A stretch of 64,000 nt of DNA, from contig CM097886.1 in NCBI GenBank assembly GCA_044892525.1, forward strand, positions 63,922,001 through 63,986,000, in the 5' to 3' direction. Below the pieces are notes generated by a model that was not told the origin of the DNA, did not search any database, and saw only the letters and a program-made list of their open reading frames with translations. The stretch comes from Schmidtea polychroa (Eukaryota). This document shows positions 22,180 to 35,988 of the stretch, one piece after another. Position 1 is the first letter of the stretch, and the number at the start of each line of letters is the position of its first letter. Made by a program: the position numbers and the translations under genes.

Positions 22180-22783
22180 TGTTGTGGAACCCGATAGAGT
22201 CACCTTTAAAAATATGTGGTGGGACAATCGAGATTAGTGTATGTAGTTCGAGCAGCGATACAGGTAAGAATAAAATCAAAATATGAAATTAACAGTAATT
22301 AACTAACGAATTATAATTCAAACCTTTATTAACAATAAGAAAAAATTAGTACTTTATAAAACTTTCTGTTGACTTTATCTTCTATCGTACAGAATTGCTA
22401 TCTTTCTTTTTCTTTATGAATTATTCTACCTTTCAAATATATGTTCTTCGGGTGGTTTAGTTCAAATTACTATTTAGAACAGTCTGCTACTTTATATTTG
22501 TTTTGGATTTTTACAAAACTTTCGGACGACTTTATCTAGTATAGATCTAGATTGTAATCTTTCTTCTTCTTTAATAATTATCCTGCCTTCCAAATGTAAG
22601 ATCTTCGGGTGGCCTAGTTCTACTTGATATTAAGATCAGTCTTCTACTATATACTAAGAATTCCGCAAATTTTATTTTTAGTTTTTATCGATTTTTTTAT
22701 TTTTCTTTCAATTTTCTATAGCGATAATTTACCATAGTTTTAATTATTTTTTCCGCACGTAACACGCGACGATCATAACAACA
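22180..22783 (-). mobile_element. Possible solo LTR
   Basis: TGTTGT...ACAACA termini, internal ~40-bp duplication (~22425 and ~22580), AATAAA on the minus strand. No TSD. Confidence 0.45.
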
Positions 22784-22859
22784 ACCCTTTCTAAATCTAA
22801 TAAACAATAAAAAAATATAATATAACAATACATTACAATAATTAATGTTATCCTGTTAT

Positions 22860-23140
22860 TACAAATTAATTTCAATATTTGACTAAATACAATATTTTTA
22901 ATCTCTCGTTGACCACGGGTGATGTTGAGACAATGATGGACAATTCCCATATAGAGCTCTCCGTGCAAGAAATACAGGACTGTCAAATTCGATACTATGT
23001 CTTTGAGTAAGTGCCCTCCCGCCTCATTGATTTTGATTGCAAATGCAAAAGTTGAAAGATGAAAATAGAACTATTAACATAGAAATGGCAGCCAGAATGA
23101 TATGTAGTTATCGTTCACCGCTTAGACGGAGTTCTTTTGG
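22860..23140 (-). pseudogene. Helitron PIF1-like helicase C-terminal remnant
   Basis: FAFAIKINEAGGHLL...YFLHGELYM...IKNIVFSQIL resembles FAMTINKSQGQ...FSHGQLYVA...TKNIVY.EVL. Confidence 0.65.
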
Positions 23141-23646
23141 GAGACACATGCATTTACTGTTTTATAATATAGATGAGTAAAATGAGTTGACTATAAGAAA
23201 CTCAAAAAATGCATTAGTTCATAACAATTTATTGCACTTACAATCAATAGATAATATGATCACTATCTATTGAAATATCACCAGTAATAATGCTAACAAT
23301 AATTACACAGTAAACTGTGCAAGACAGATGTAAATATTTCGTTGAATATCTCATTATTGAATCATATCAGTCAACATTGAATAATTTAATTACCGAATCC
23401 AATTACCATATAATTATAAATAATGAAATAGATTAAAAAATAACACTGAAACTATTGGGAAAAATAAATAATTATTCCTTATCCCAATGCTTTCATATCG
23501 ATTTTCTGATTACTGGGACCTTGAAAGATTTGGCATTAATATAAGAAAATAACTAAATGTACCATAAAATTTTCAAAAAGTTGTATTTGTAATACTCCAT
23601 TTTTTAATAATGCCATCTTAATTTGATAAAATTATGTATACCCAAG

Positions 23647-24788
23647 TTGGGTTTTACATTACTGTTAAACAGCAACAGTAAAACAGCTGTTTTTTGTCTT
23701 AATCGGAAAACATTAAACAGCTGTTTTTTCGAAGCTGTTTATACTGTTTTTTAACGATCCTTTTTCAATTTTTTTAAAAAGAATTTTTAATATTATAATA
23801 TAACTTACAAAAGTCAATATTTAATTGATATTGTTGATAAATATTTGTTTGATTATTTATATACTAACAAACTTCTAAAAACATAATTTTATATTTCACC
23901 CATGTCTTCAGTTTGGGATTATGCTATAAAACGAAAAAATGTGTTAAAAAAGGTGCTTGAAGGTCAATGCAAGCGATGTAATAAAGTTATAACTTGTTCT
24001 GGCAATTCTACAACAACTTTAAAAAATCAAGAAACTTTCGATGATTAATAGTGAAATAAGTCAAGATCTGCATGATAACTTAAAGCAACGAATCGATGAA
24101 AGAATAAATAAAGATGTTATGAATCTTTTGAAAAGTCTCAAAGATTCATCAGTTGTTCCATCAGAAACAACATTAACATTTGCTGGACGTTTAGCTTCAC
24201 GCATATTTGAATTTGATGATGGCGATGATATACGTGGTTCTACCCAAGAAGAATTTGAAAACACCAATCTTTCGCTAAAAGAAGAACTTAATATGCTTTT
24301 ATATATGGATCAAACCCCGAAAGTACTTGAAGTAGATTTTAAATGGCTTAAGTCAGAATTCACTTTGTATAAGAATACTGGACAACGAACGGAAAATCTT
24401 CAAAAACTTTACAATGCACTTCTTAGCATCAAACCAACATCGACTGACATTGAGCGTGTATTCTCAATTTGCACAAATTTTTGCACTAAAATTAGATCAC
24501 GCTTATCAGATGATGCTCTTAAAGCTTTGGTTTTCTTGAAATTTTACTATAAAAAATAAATAAGTTTTCTGATGTTATATGAATTAAGTTGTTATAAAAG
24601 ATAATAAATATTTTCCAAGATATTAATAAATTGAAAAAAAATAAATATATACATTTTCAGTATTTTTTAAATATTAAAATTATGGGAAAATTGAAAAAAC
24701 AGTAAAAACAGCTAATATCAGCTGTTTTTTCGAAAATAAAAAACAGTAACAGCTGTTTTTTGAAAACCGCTGTTTTTGTAAAACCCTA
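23647..24788 (+). mobile_element. Internally deleted hAT (Ac-like) element
   Basis: TIR T(T/A)GGGTTTTACA, TSD TACCCAA(G/C), repeated AACAGC subterminal motifs, BED-finger start at 23902, hAT dimerisation domain (KPTSTDIERVFS...RSRLSD) in ORF 24041-24559. Confidence 0.88.
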
Positions 24789-27540
24789 TACCCAACCTTT
24801 CTTTACACGGTTCAAATAAGTATTCTTTTTTGAATTGACACGATTTTCAAGTTATTGTACGTAACCAAGAGCGGTTTAGTATAAATTGCAGTCTTTAGTA
24901 TCAATGAATCAAAAAAATTCATGTTTTTACCACATTAGGCAGCAGTACGAACGAAAGTCTCCAATGAAGAGCTTGACGAATGTGAATATCTCTAGTGATG
25001 ATAGTGACTTTGGTTCAGTTCGTCATAAGCAATTGCGCTTATTATCAAGTAACGACGAAAAATTATATAACTAAATATTATTTCTATATTTCTTTTTTTA
25101 ATTTTGAGTTTTCTATTCTTAACTTTGGATTAATAGAATTTTTTTGCTTGCACTACTTATTTTTTACATATGAACTGCATTTTAAATTGTATTACTCAAT
25201 AAAATTGTACATGCTTATAGTATTCGTACGCATTCCAGAACCTTTACAGTTTTCAACATTTTATACGAATTTCCGAGGAACGCATCTACCGTGTAAAAAA
25301 AGAGCGGCACATTTCTTTGAAGACATGTAGTACAAATAACTTTTAATACGAAATCAGTCTATATTTACCTCAATAAAGTCTTTGACAACTTTAAAAATTA
25401 TGAGATAAAATTTTCAATTGAAAATCTTTCAAATGAAGAGCGATAATTTTATTCTAATTTATGAATTTGATAATTTCCTTTATATTAATAAAATCTTTAA
25501 TTTTTTGCTAGAATATTTTTTACAAATTCCTTAGTATATTGTTTCAAAGAATGTTATTAAAAATGTGAGTTAGTTTTGAAATTCCGATTTCTCTTCTAAT
25601 ATTATTACTAATATAGATATTATTACTTGATATAATAAATTTTCGTAGTAAAAATATCGTTTAAATAAATGGGATTTTGATTTTTGTATCATCTATCATT
25701 TTCTTCTTTCTTAAAACAAAAGTGTTTTCTTGCATACAATTAGTAACACGTTAGATTTCTTTTGTTTTGCAAGTACTTCACGAGAAATTACATTTTTAAG
25801 ATATTGTGTTTTTGTAATTTTCACAAAGGTCTTACACAGCTTTTTACATATTATTCCACAAATATTTTCTACAATACTGAGAACAAAAGCATTAAACGAG
25901 AATATTACCATTGTTATTTTGAAACTATTTCTTTATTAATTCGGATAAATGTACCTGAAGGTTATTTTGCTGTTTAACATTTTTTGAGTGGCCTTTAAAT
26001 GATAAGATATTGATGCATTTACGTGAATTGATATTTTTGAATGAAGCAAAAACTTTTCACCATTTATTGAGACTGATATTGATGAGCAGGCAAAACTATT
26101 TTTATAGATTAAGCAATACTTTGGGTCACTAGGTTCGTCAAAACAAAATATGACTAAAAATGTTACGATATATTTGTTTGTCATTATCAGCAGTAAAAAA
26201 AATCATTTCCACGTAAATTTGCAATAATAACCGTTTTTGTTTGAAAATTTTGACCTCTCATCTTTTAAGATATCTGTAATTTTAAATTAAATAAGTAGGT
26301 GATGAAGGAAACCAACAGGAACGGTATATTTTGACATAAGAACAATATAAGACTCATTGTTGTCTACATACATCCTTCGGTATTGCAAGAGTTCCAAAAA
26401 GATGTTTTTGAGGAAAATTAGGATTTAAACTTCAAGAAAAGATCCACGTCCTGTTGCAAATTTGCATCATTTTGGTAGAGTTTTCCTCACAAATGTAGAT
26501 AGATAAAAAGTTGGTGTAGTAGGTGAGATTTATTCGCAGAACTTTTTTTTAAGCGAAATCTGTACAGATTATGCTACTTTTATTAACACCAATGATATTC
26601 GATGATATGTTTCAGATCCCATTTTCCTGGAAGTATTACATTCACTGGACTCATGTCTTGTCTCAGGAACATACAGGGATAAGGAGGTTTTAGCCACTGT
26701 AAAGATATTTCTGAAGAATTGATTGTTCATCAAAAATACGATGGTTTGCCTGGCAACATTCCCCCATGGTTTTCACGTGGAAAAAAACAGAGGAAAACAT
26801 TGGATGGCATGCACACCTTCGGTACTCACATTCAATCGCTAAGAAATATTCTTGATAGTGATTCGGAATCCGCAATTTGCAAACATTCCTTTCTTTTCTG
26901 ATCAGAAATTTTACAAGAACGACCAACTCTCTCATCGTCAAACACTGATTGGCGACTATGTTTGAACAGACTAATTCAATCGTTGATTCTGGTACGAAAG
27001 GGGAATATATTGTCATAAATTGTCCTCAACTGATTCTATTTTTGCTGACTGTTATCACCACGCAAAAAATAAAAAATTTAATCAAACTTCTATACTCGAC
27101 AGAATGTAGCATGACTTGACAAATAACTTGAAAATGTGCTGTTACACGTTGCTATGTAGATAAATATTAAAACAAACTATAATTTTGTAAACATAGATAA
27201 TATATTATGATTTCATTAAAATATTGTTAAAGTACGATTATTTTTTATGGAGTACTTTGTATTTAAGATATAGAATAGAATACTGAGATACGTCATTGAA
27301 AATATTTTAAATTTCATAAGATATTTTGATACAACATTTTAATAATATTATAAAAACTGTTTTCTTCGATCAATGATGAACAAAAATAACCATATTAATG
27401 ATTTTAATGATAACTAATTGTGTAAAAAATTTGTAATTAGTAAAATAATTTTTTAAGACTTTAACATTTTTTATAATTGGGATCAGAGTTATGATCAAAG
27501 TTATATTTAATCTATTTAAATTTAACGGTTGGAAAAATTT

Positions 27541-27780
27541 TTACATTAAATTCGAAAAACTCACTGGGGCAAGAGTAGGTTTTATTGGTTTTCCAGTTCG
27601 TTTACTAGAAGGCTTAGATTTATATAATAAATAATCTTCAACAACAACAGTTTCAGGATCTGGGACTTTATCCCTCAATAAATCGTTTATTTTCATTGTA
27701 ATATCCTTCAAATTATTTGTTACTGTTTTAAATATTGAAACTGACGATTTATCAATTTTCTTTTTGCTATTTTTATCCAT
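27541..27780 (-). CDS. Possible host exon/short ORF, unknown
   Basis: ATG-started 79-aa ORF with normal composition; no family recognised. Confidence 0.25.
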   Translation of the reverse strand: MDKNSKKKIDKSSVSIFKTVTNNLKDITMKINDLLRDKVPDPETVVVEDYLLYKSKPSSKRTGKPIKPTLAPVSFSNLM

Positions 27781-28584
27781 AGAAATACCAGGTCTGAAGA
27801 AAGAGGTTTAAAAGATAATATATAATATAATTCAAAAAATTACAATGTTCCGTTCCAACACTGAACAGACTCATTAGATTGTGAATTCGATGTACAAAAA
27901 TCATGAATAACTCTAAGAAAATAGCCTTCCAATGACTTATACTATTAGAAAAATAACAAAATTAAGGTTAATATTATAAAAATTAATTTATAAATTTTTT
28001 TCAATCAAAAAATCGAAAAACTGCAATATTATTGGTTATTTTTTAATACAGAATTTTTACAGTATGAAAACCCAAACAAGATTCGTGGGTAATTTACGAT
28101 AATCAATTCTACAAAAATAATAAAAAATAAAAATAAGAATATTATCACCAATAATAAACAAAATAAACCATTTTACGGCTTTAAATTACACTGAATTCTC
28201 GTTATACATTATAATTATGGTCTTTACAATGTATATATCGAAAGTTGTAAATTTATCATTAGCAAGAATAACCAAGATGGAACAATGATACCCATTTGAT
28301 ATTGCAAAACGGTCAAATGTGAATATATCAAGTACTAAAAAGGAAAATGATCAGAGCATGAAAGAGTTTCTACTATTGCCGATGAATATAATTGCATGTA
28401 ATAAAATGTACTTTTATTCATTAATATTATCAACAATACATGAAATTATTAACAAGAAGTAATTATTTCTCAAAATTTGAGGTGAAACCAGTAGTTCATA
28501 ATTTTTCAATTCCTCTATGACTAGTATTTGAAGTTTAATTTGAAGTTTAAAACTCTCTCAAAATTGATGAATTATCCATTTAAA

Positions 28585-29455
28585 ATGGAGGTCGATAAAA
28601 CGCACATACGAGATTGCATTTTATTCATGTTCAACATGAATAAAAAAGCATCAGAAGCAAAAGAAGAAATTTGCCAAGATATTGTCAGGCTCATAACTTT
28701 CAAGGACCGGTAATCGAAGTTCAAGAGGACTGATTTTAGTTTAGAGGCCAATGTGGGATCAGGACCCCCGCAAGAAACCCAAGATGAACAGCTTCAGGCG
28801 CTATTGGATGAAGATGATCCACAATTAAAGCGTGGCGTTGTCAGAAGACCTAATGTCAATCATTAAAGATAGTGCAGAGAAGATTTCAGGCTTTGTATAC
28901 GTTTCTAATGCATGTAGATGGGTTCTGCATTAGCTTTCACAAATAAACAAGAATGATATAATTGTCTTATCTGACACGTATAATGACTGGAGATGAGACG
29001 TGAGTGTAACCCTGAGAGAAAAATGTTGTAGACAGACCCAGACATGCCTTTGACATACGTCCCAAGGCGCCAAATCCGTGGAAAAAAAGATATTTTATAT
29101 ATGTGTGCTGGAACAAGAAAGAAATCGTGTACTGTGAGTTATTGAAGTCAAATGAAATTGTTACTGCAATAAGGTATTGTTATCAGCTGAATGATAAAAT
29201 AGAGTTAAGACCGTATTCAGACCATACATCACCAAATATCATACTCTTGCATGATAAAGCAAGACCGCATGTTGCATCTACAACGAAAAGTATAATATTA
29301 GAGCTTGGATTGGGAATTCTTCTACACCAACAATATTCACCGAAATTGGCCTCATCAGATTACCATATCTTGAGGTCTCTCCAACGCACTTTCTGACACA
29401 AAATTTACCAAACTTGAAAAAGTGAAAAGTGGACGCTGATTACTTCATTGAATAA
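28585..29455 (+). pseudogene. mariner (DD34D) transposase remnant
   Basis: MEVDKTHIRDCILFMFNMNKKASEA (mariner HTH), RIMTGDET, LLHDKARPH and YSPKLASSDYH; many stops and frameshifts. Confidence 0.88.
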
Positions 29456-30552
29456 TAATATTTACAATTTTAATTATTCATTTTCGAATATTCGAATATC
29501 CTGGGTTTCTTAGTAATCAACAAAGCCTATGTATATCGAGAACACAATATAAGTATATAAACGGAAATAATTATAAGCGTATCGAAACAAAAGACTTTTG
29601 ACCATGAATATTATTAATAAACTAACCTACAATTACGACTTAAATAATCGCTTTCACTGTATTAAATAAATTATGATGTTTTATATTATATATTGTAATA
29701 GTCNNNNNNNNNNNNNNNNNNNNNNNNNNNNNNNNNNNNNNNNNNNNNNNNNNNNNNNNNNNNNNNNNNNNNNNNNNNNNNNNNNNNNNNNNNNNNNNNN
29801 NNNNNNNNNNNNNNNNNNNNNNNNNNNNNNNNNNNNNNNNNNNNNNNNNNNGCTATTGCTGTATGTACCTGAGTATTTGTCCATCCGAATATAAGTTAAT
29901 TTAAATCCGAAAAAAGAAAACGTCAAAACATAATTTTTTAAAACTCTCTCTCTTACATTCTCTCAAAATTAAAAATTCAATATGCTTGCTCAATGCTATG
30001 AAATATTTAATATTACGCAAAATCACCTAGTTAAGAAATTACTTTGAAAGAAACATTTTATTAATATTTTGAAAATATTATTAAAATTGAAAATTTTCAA
30101 AATAGTTAATTATAGTACCTTCGACCGATCTGAAATTTTGAAAGAATGCATTGTTCTCGACGATGAATCTATCTGTCAAATTTCAGCTCGCTCCGATCAC
30201 GGGAAGTAGGTTAATTTGCCGTCGCANNNNNNNNNNNNNNNNNNNNNNNNNNNNNNNNNNNNNNNNNNNNNNNNNNNNNNNNNNNNNNNNNNNNNNNNNN
30301 NNNNNNNNNNNNNNNNNNNNNNNNNNNNNNNNNNNNNNNNNNNNNNNNNNNNNNNNNNNNNNNNNNNNNNNNNNNNNNNNNNNNNNNNNNNNNNNNNAAA
30401 TTCTGACTACGGATTATTATTAAGCAATTTCATAAATCCTACAATGACAACAGATTCGGAGTGAAACATTTAAAAAATATTCCTTTTAAGAACATTCTAT
30501 AAACCATTTTTTAAAATATATTAGTTAAAATTCAAATTCAAAAATAATTAAT

Positions 30553-31270
30553 TTGTCCTATAGAGTTAAATACTTCGATACAGTTAGTGAGATTACCATG
30601 CGACGTGCTGTGAAGAAACAGGGGCTTAAATTTTTCAGGAGAATCCGAGCTCTCCAGTATACCAGTGTACAAGAAGACGTGGTGAAACTGAAGACAGGAA
30701 AATTACTCAGACTTGTGCAACAAAATTATCTCAATGGATGATGAGTCCTATTTTAAATTGAAATGTCATTGCATCCCCGAAAATGAAAATTGTTATGTAC
30801 CTGACATTGCCTCTGCACCAGATGACATCAAATTTCGCACTGAACGAAAATCTCCTGTTCAGTTGATGGTCTGGATATGCACCAGTGAAAAGGAGTGAGT
30901 GATCCTGTTTTCCTACCACGTCCAAATAGTGTTAACACTGATTTTTTCCCCAGAAGCACTGCATTCGTGACAAATAAATTAACGATAAATTAACCATTTC
31001 ACAATGCGGACACTATCATGTTCTGGCATGATTTGGCCTTCGCGCATGGACTTCATATTCCATTTGTCCCTATGGAATCAAACTCCCCAAACCTTCCCCA
31101 TTGTCACCCTATGATAAATTATTAGTCACGCCCCAAATCTGAGATTTACATGGACTGTTGAGAGGTAGATTCCATTCAACAATTACAACGCCGTATCCAG
31201 CGATGCATCCTAAAAGTGTCTGGCGTTGCTGTGTAGAATGACTTTAAAACTATCCGAAAATGCCTACGGA
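30553..31270 (+). pseudogene. Tc1/mariner-superfamily transposase remnant, DD37E-like
   Basis: MDDESYFKL, LMVWICTSEKG, FWHDLAFAH and PNLPHCHPM resemble MDDETY / FWPDLAS.HY / NPPN.P.LRPIE. Confidence 0.7.
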
Positions 31271-33458
31271 CAATCTGTACAATATCAGTTTTTTGAAATT
31301 TAAAATTGTTGCATATACTTTGTTACATATATTAACATGTTATTTCATGGATAAATGTATTACTCGCCTTTTCCAGTGGATTCGTTAATAAGTTTTTACG
31401 CTGTCCGGATTTTGATGTCGAACCTGTTACATGTCTACTTTAAAATAAAATTTTTATTAAATTATTTATAATCTTTTTATTTTTCGAATCGAAAAATAAA
31501 TAATTTTAAACAATTTTAAAATCCAAATTTAATAATTGCCATTCAATTCCTATGAAATTGAAAAAGAATAAAAAATTATTTTACCATTAGTTAATAGTAA
31601 AAAGAATAGCAATAGAAGGAGTGAAATTATTACAAGTCAGTACTATAAACTAGTTATCAAAATAATGCTTAATAAATATCAGAGACTAGTCATAGGAAAA
31701 TTTTATTTTTATGAGGACAGAAATTATTCAAAATATAATTAAAAACATTTTTACTTTTGTTTTAATTCTTCTTGACATTGGAGAGAGAAAATCCGTAAGT
31801 TTAGTGCTTTGGGAACCGACAGGATTTTTCTTAGGTACTCCGGACTTCAAATTATCATTTAATTTTTTTTCCCAAAATGGAGACTCATCACCTAATTTGG
31901 TTTGCCAAAACATAAATTCTTTCGCAACCTGTCTTTTTCTTCGAGCTGTACTTCCAGCATTTTGACATTTAGCTTTGATCTGAATATTAAAATTATGTTT
32001 AATACAGTTATAAATTTAACAATAAATTATTTTTGTAATATAATTGGTTAATTTTTCGATTAATTCAAAATTTTATTTTTCGAACTAATTAATTAATTAA
32101 ATAAGAAAATCTGATGGAATTCATATCATAAATTTTAACCCTCTATAACAGTGATCGGCAAATTTTGTATATTATTTAACAAATTATCTAATTAGTTATA
32201 TTTATTTAAGTGTTGGATCGTTTTGAAAGAAATTTCGTATATTAATTGTCCAACAATTAATAAAATTTAATTCGAAACGCATTTATTTTAATATTTTATT
32301 ATTTAGTAAAAATTTTAAGTTTTTAAACAATTTTTTTAATCTAAAATGATCAGCAGATGAATTGACGAATTAATTTCATGAATTTTAAAAGAAAAGCAAC
32401 ACATCAACAATAAATGAAAGGTAGTGTATTAGTGAAAGTAAACACCAAACAAATATCTCAGGATTTTTTAAACCTCCATCTTCTTGTGGTAGTAGAAATT
32501 ACAATTGTCTTATTTTGTCTAAATGAAGTGCTTTATATTTTTTTTGTAAAAATTAAATAATTTTTTAATTTAATTTAAATGAAATACACACATGACAATG
32601 GCTGTGCTGAAATATCGTGTACCTTATATATTGTTTTGATCTATAGACTCACAAACATTTTATTGAATTATATTATTTAAATTATTGAAAAACAAATCAA
32701 TGGTGAAACCAAAAGAAACAAAATTTTTGTAAATTTTTAAATTTTAAGGTCTGTTTTTACCATTCATTAAAAACCTTAAAAACTTGGTCCCGATAAAAAA
32801 TCAAAAATAAATATTATATTTTTAATGGTTTGGTATCTCCAAAAATCCTGAATTTTATGTCACAAAAAGCGTAAATTGGTGAGCTATCAACTCAATACTT
32901 TCCGGTGGGTTGGATTAAGTAATTTAATCTAGATTTAGTATATTATTCTTAGTATATAATTAATTGTCAACATAATCACTTATCGATCATTTTCAATTAA
33001 AGCCTAAAAAGATAGAATCACTGAAAAAAGAGAAAATTCACAGATCACACGAAACAATTGAAAATGATCAACGATAAATTAATTCTTAGAGTAAAAGGAC
33101 TTATTAAAAATGTTTGCGTTAAAATTATTTTCCTTATAAAAATATTTAATAAAGATTTTTCGCGAAAAACAAGTAATGAATGAAATTCTATTAAAGAATG
33201 AATTATAAAAACTTAAAAATTCATAAAAATTATCATTGTAAAAATGGCTGTGATTGACAGCTGGCCACTTTAGGCTTTTAGTGACATTTAGCATTTAAAA
33301 TTTTTTCAATGATATTGAACCACTTGTACCATTTGTTGACCCTTTTAGACGTTTTATTAAGATTACACGAATGAAACTTTATTTTTAGGATTTTTAATGA
33401 AAAAGTTTTTAGGCGGTTGAGTGAGATAAAATTAAAAGATTTTAAATTTAATTCATTT

Positions 33459-33600
33459 ATTATAAGAACTTCTTTCAATTTTCAACTTTGATTTCTTTTA
33501 AATTGACATTGTATTTATTAAAAAATTGACTATGAATCAGTAAAGATATCGGGTTTTTTTTATATTCACGAATTTTCGTCACAGCCTTTTCAAGTGATTT
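33459..33600 (+). repeat. Foldback repeat family A, left arm only
   Basis: TATAAGAACT...TTGACTATGAATCAGTAAAGATATC...ATATTCACGAATTTTC. Confidence 0.8.
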
Positions 33601-33854
33601 TTAAACATAAAATTAGAAACACTTCTTTTAAACAAAATTAAGAAATTGTGACACCCTTCGAAAAAAAGAATGGTTACCAAATAAATTGTAGTTAGTGATT
33701 ACTTCCATTAATACACTACTAATAAATTTAATGTTTTTCATCCAGAATGAACATCTCGGAATTCTCTACCACCACTTAATTTAAGCCGCGTGTTCCAGAG
33801 ACCTTTGACAAAGTCACCCTTTTACATATCTGATTCTTCTTCTTATGTATTTAA

Positions 33855-34083
33855 CCTCTTAAGTGGTTTATTTCGTCAAACGAAATGCGCTCCTCAGCGG
33901 CGAGTTTTGTTATCCGCTAGTGTTACAAAAAATAAAATAATATCTTATTTGATGATATTTATTAAGATAATATGTTAACAAAAGTAATATTTATGATATA
34001 TTTTTAACATATTTTGTCAATTTAGGTCAATTTAGGTCAATTTAGTTTTATGACGTATATATCTGTCATAGCAACTTAAGAGG
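33855..34083. mobile_element. piggyBac-type MITE (229 bp)
   Basis: TTAA on both flanks and 10-bp TIR CCTCTTAAGT. Confidence 0.75.
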
Positions 34084-35988
34084 TTAAGATATTTTCAATT
34101 CGTGAATATTAGAGATTAAGATGTTCAATGTACGTACGATCATCAATTACTCAAAGAACATGATTAAAATCTGTCATTGTGATGCATGGTTCCGTTTTCT
34201 ATGATGATTTTCTTCTTGAAGCCTTAGCCTTACAATGTCTGCAGGTAATTGTCCAGAAATTATAGAGACCACTCCTCATATTGACGATAGTCAACTGACC
34301 TCATCGCCAATGAATTCAACCACACGGGCTTATAGTAAGAAACTGTATATAAGATATTCTCCTGTAATTCAACCTAATGATCTGTAAATAGATGTAAACA
34401 GAAATCGTTAGCACTGACATTTGAAGGCAATAAATTGTAATAGAATAAAATCAAATGGTTATCAAATGATTAATAAAATAATATTTTTTATCTACCATTT
34501 AATTTCATAAAATTACTATTATTTCAATATTTATAAAAGTGCTTTATTGAAAATGACATTGTTCTTTATCTTAACAAAAACATAAGAAAACCCATTATGA
34601 ATATACATAATGAAATGGCTGAAATTGTAATTTCAAACATATAGATGAAAAAGAAAATTTTTTCCTTAATTATACAGAATCTAAAATTTATTATAAATAA
34701 ATTGTTAGAAACATGTGCGAAAAACTGATCATTGCAGTTGTATTCTCAATGGTTTGTATGCCTATTTGTGACAGAAACACCAACGGAATGGTTCAATGTA
34801 TAAATATATATTATGATTTGGTTTTGGCAAGAAAATAATTGATGTCATCATCTACGCATATGTTCAAATATAAATACACCATCGTACGTGCAATTAAATA
34901 TTATATACATATGAATCAAAAATTAAATATTATAAAATAAAATGTGGATATCATTTTCTGAAACCGATATATCAGTTACATCAAAATATTGTATAACACC
35001 AAATCACTATTGAATATATGAAATATATTTAAATGAAATATTTATTCACAGTTTATTACCCCTGAGGTTTCAATTGACAATAAATGCGACTGATTCAATA
35101 ACAGTATAAAATATATTATTATTATAATATATGATGTTGACAGTAACTCATCATAACGCATCTGTCAATCATCCAGCGTCAGACATTATTTCAATAAAAC
35201 CGAGAAAATATTTCAATAGAATTTCTGTATATTCATCATTAATATACTGATACAATATTTTTGAAATTAATATTAATATTTGAAATATTATAATACAATA
35301 TTTTTTGAAAAGTGAGCTCTGTACATTTTTTGCATATGAGTAGTACTGTAAAATATATATTTTTTGGAAGCTAAAAATTCAAAAGGATTTAAAAGAATCA
35401 CATAATTATTTTAAAAGAACTGTTGTTTAAAATGAGCTTTAATTGTAATTAGATAAGTTATAATTTTAATTTGATGAGATCCTAAAATATATAATCTTAA
35501 GCTTAAATAAATTAAATGAAATCTTAAAATTATTAATCTTAATCCTAAATTAATTTTTTAATAGATTTCATAGCTCGCTTTTAAGAGCACGGGTAATATT
35601 AAAGCACAACTTAGAATTTTTAGAGCACACTTAATAGCCACTCTTTTTATTTATATTATGGGGTGTATAAAATATGATGTTTCAATAAATTACAAATTTA
35701 AAAAATACTTTTTATAAAGTTCATAATGTTCATAATTCATAATAATCTGATATCATGAACATTATTAGGATCATCCTGTAAAACATTAAAATCAGTTTTT
35801 GTTTCCATAAATTTTATTTCAGTAAATATCAGAATTAAATTATATCTTCTTTAAACTTTCTTATTTAAAAAAATTTTCTACGAAGATATTTTTAATTAAA
35901 ATATCTTCTTATTATTTTTTTTAAAAATTAATCTAAAATTTAATTTTTAAAATTTTCAATTTAAAAATTTCTTCCTCATAAAACTTCC

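Noticed and set aside
34011-34045. (TTTAGGTCAA)n as a telomeric repeat
   Set aside because: Only ~3 units, lying inside the subterminal region of a piggyBac-type MITE
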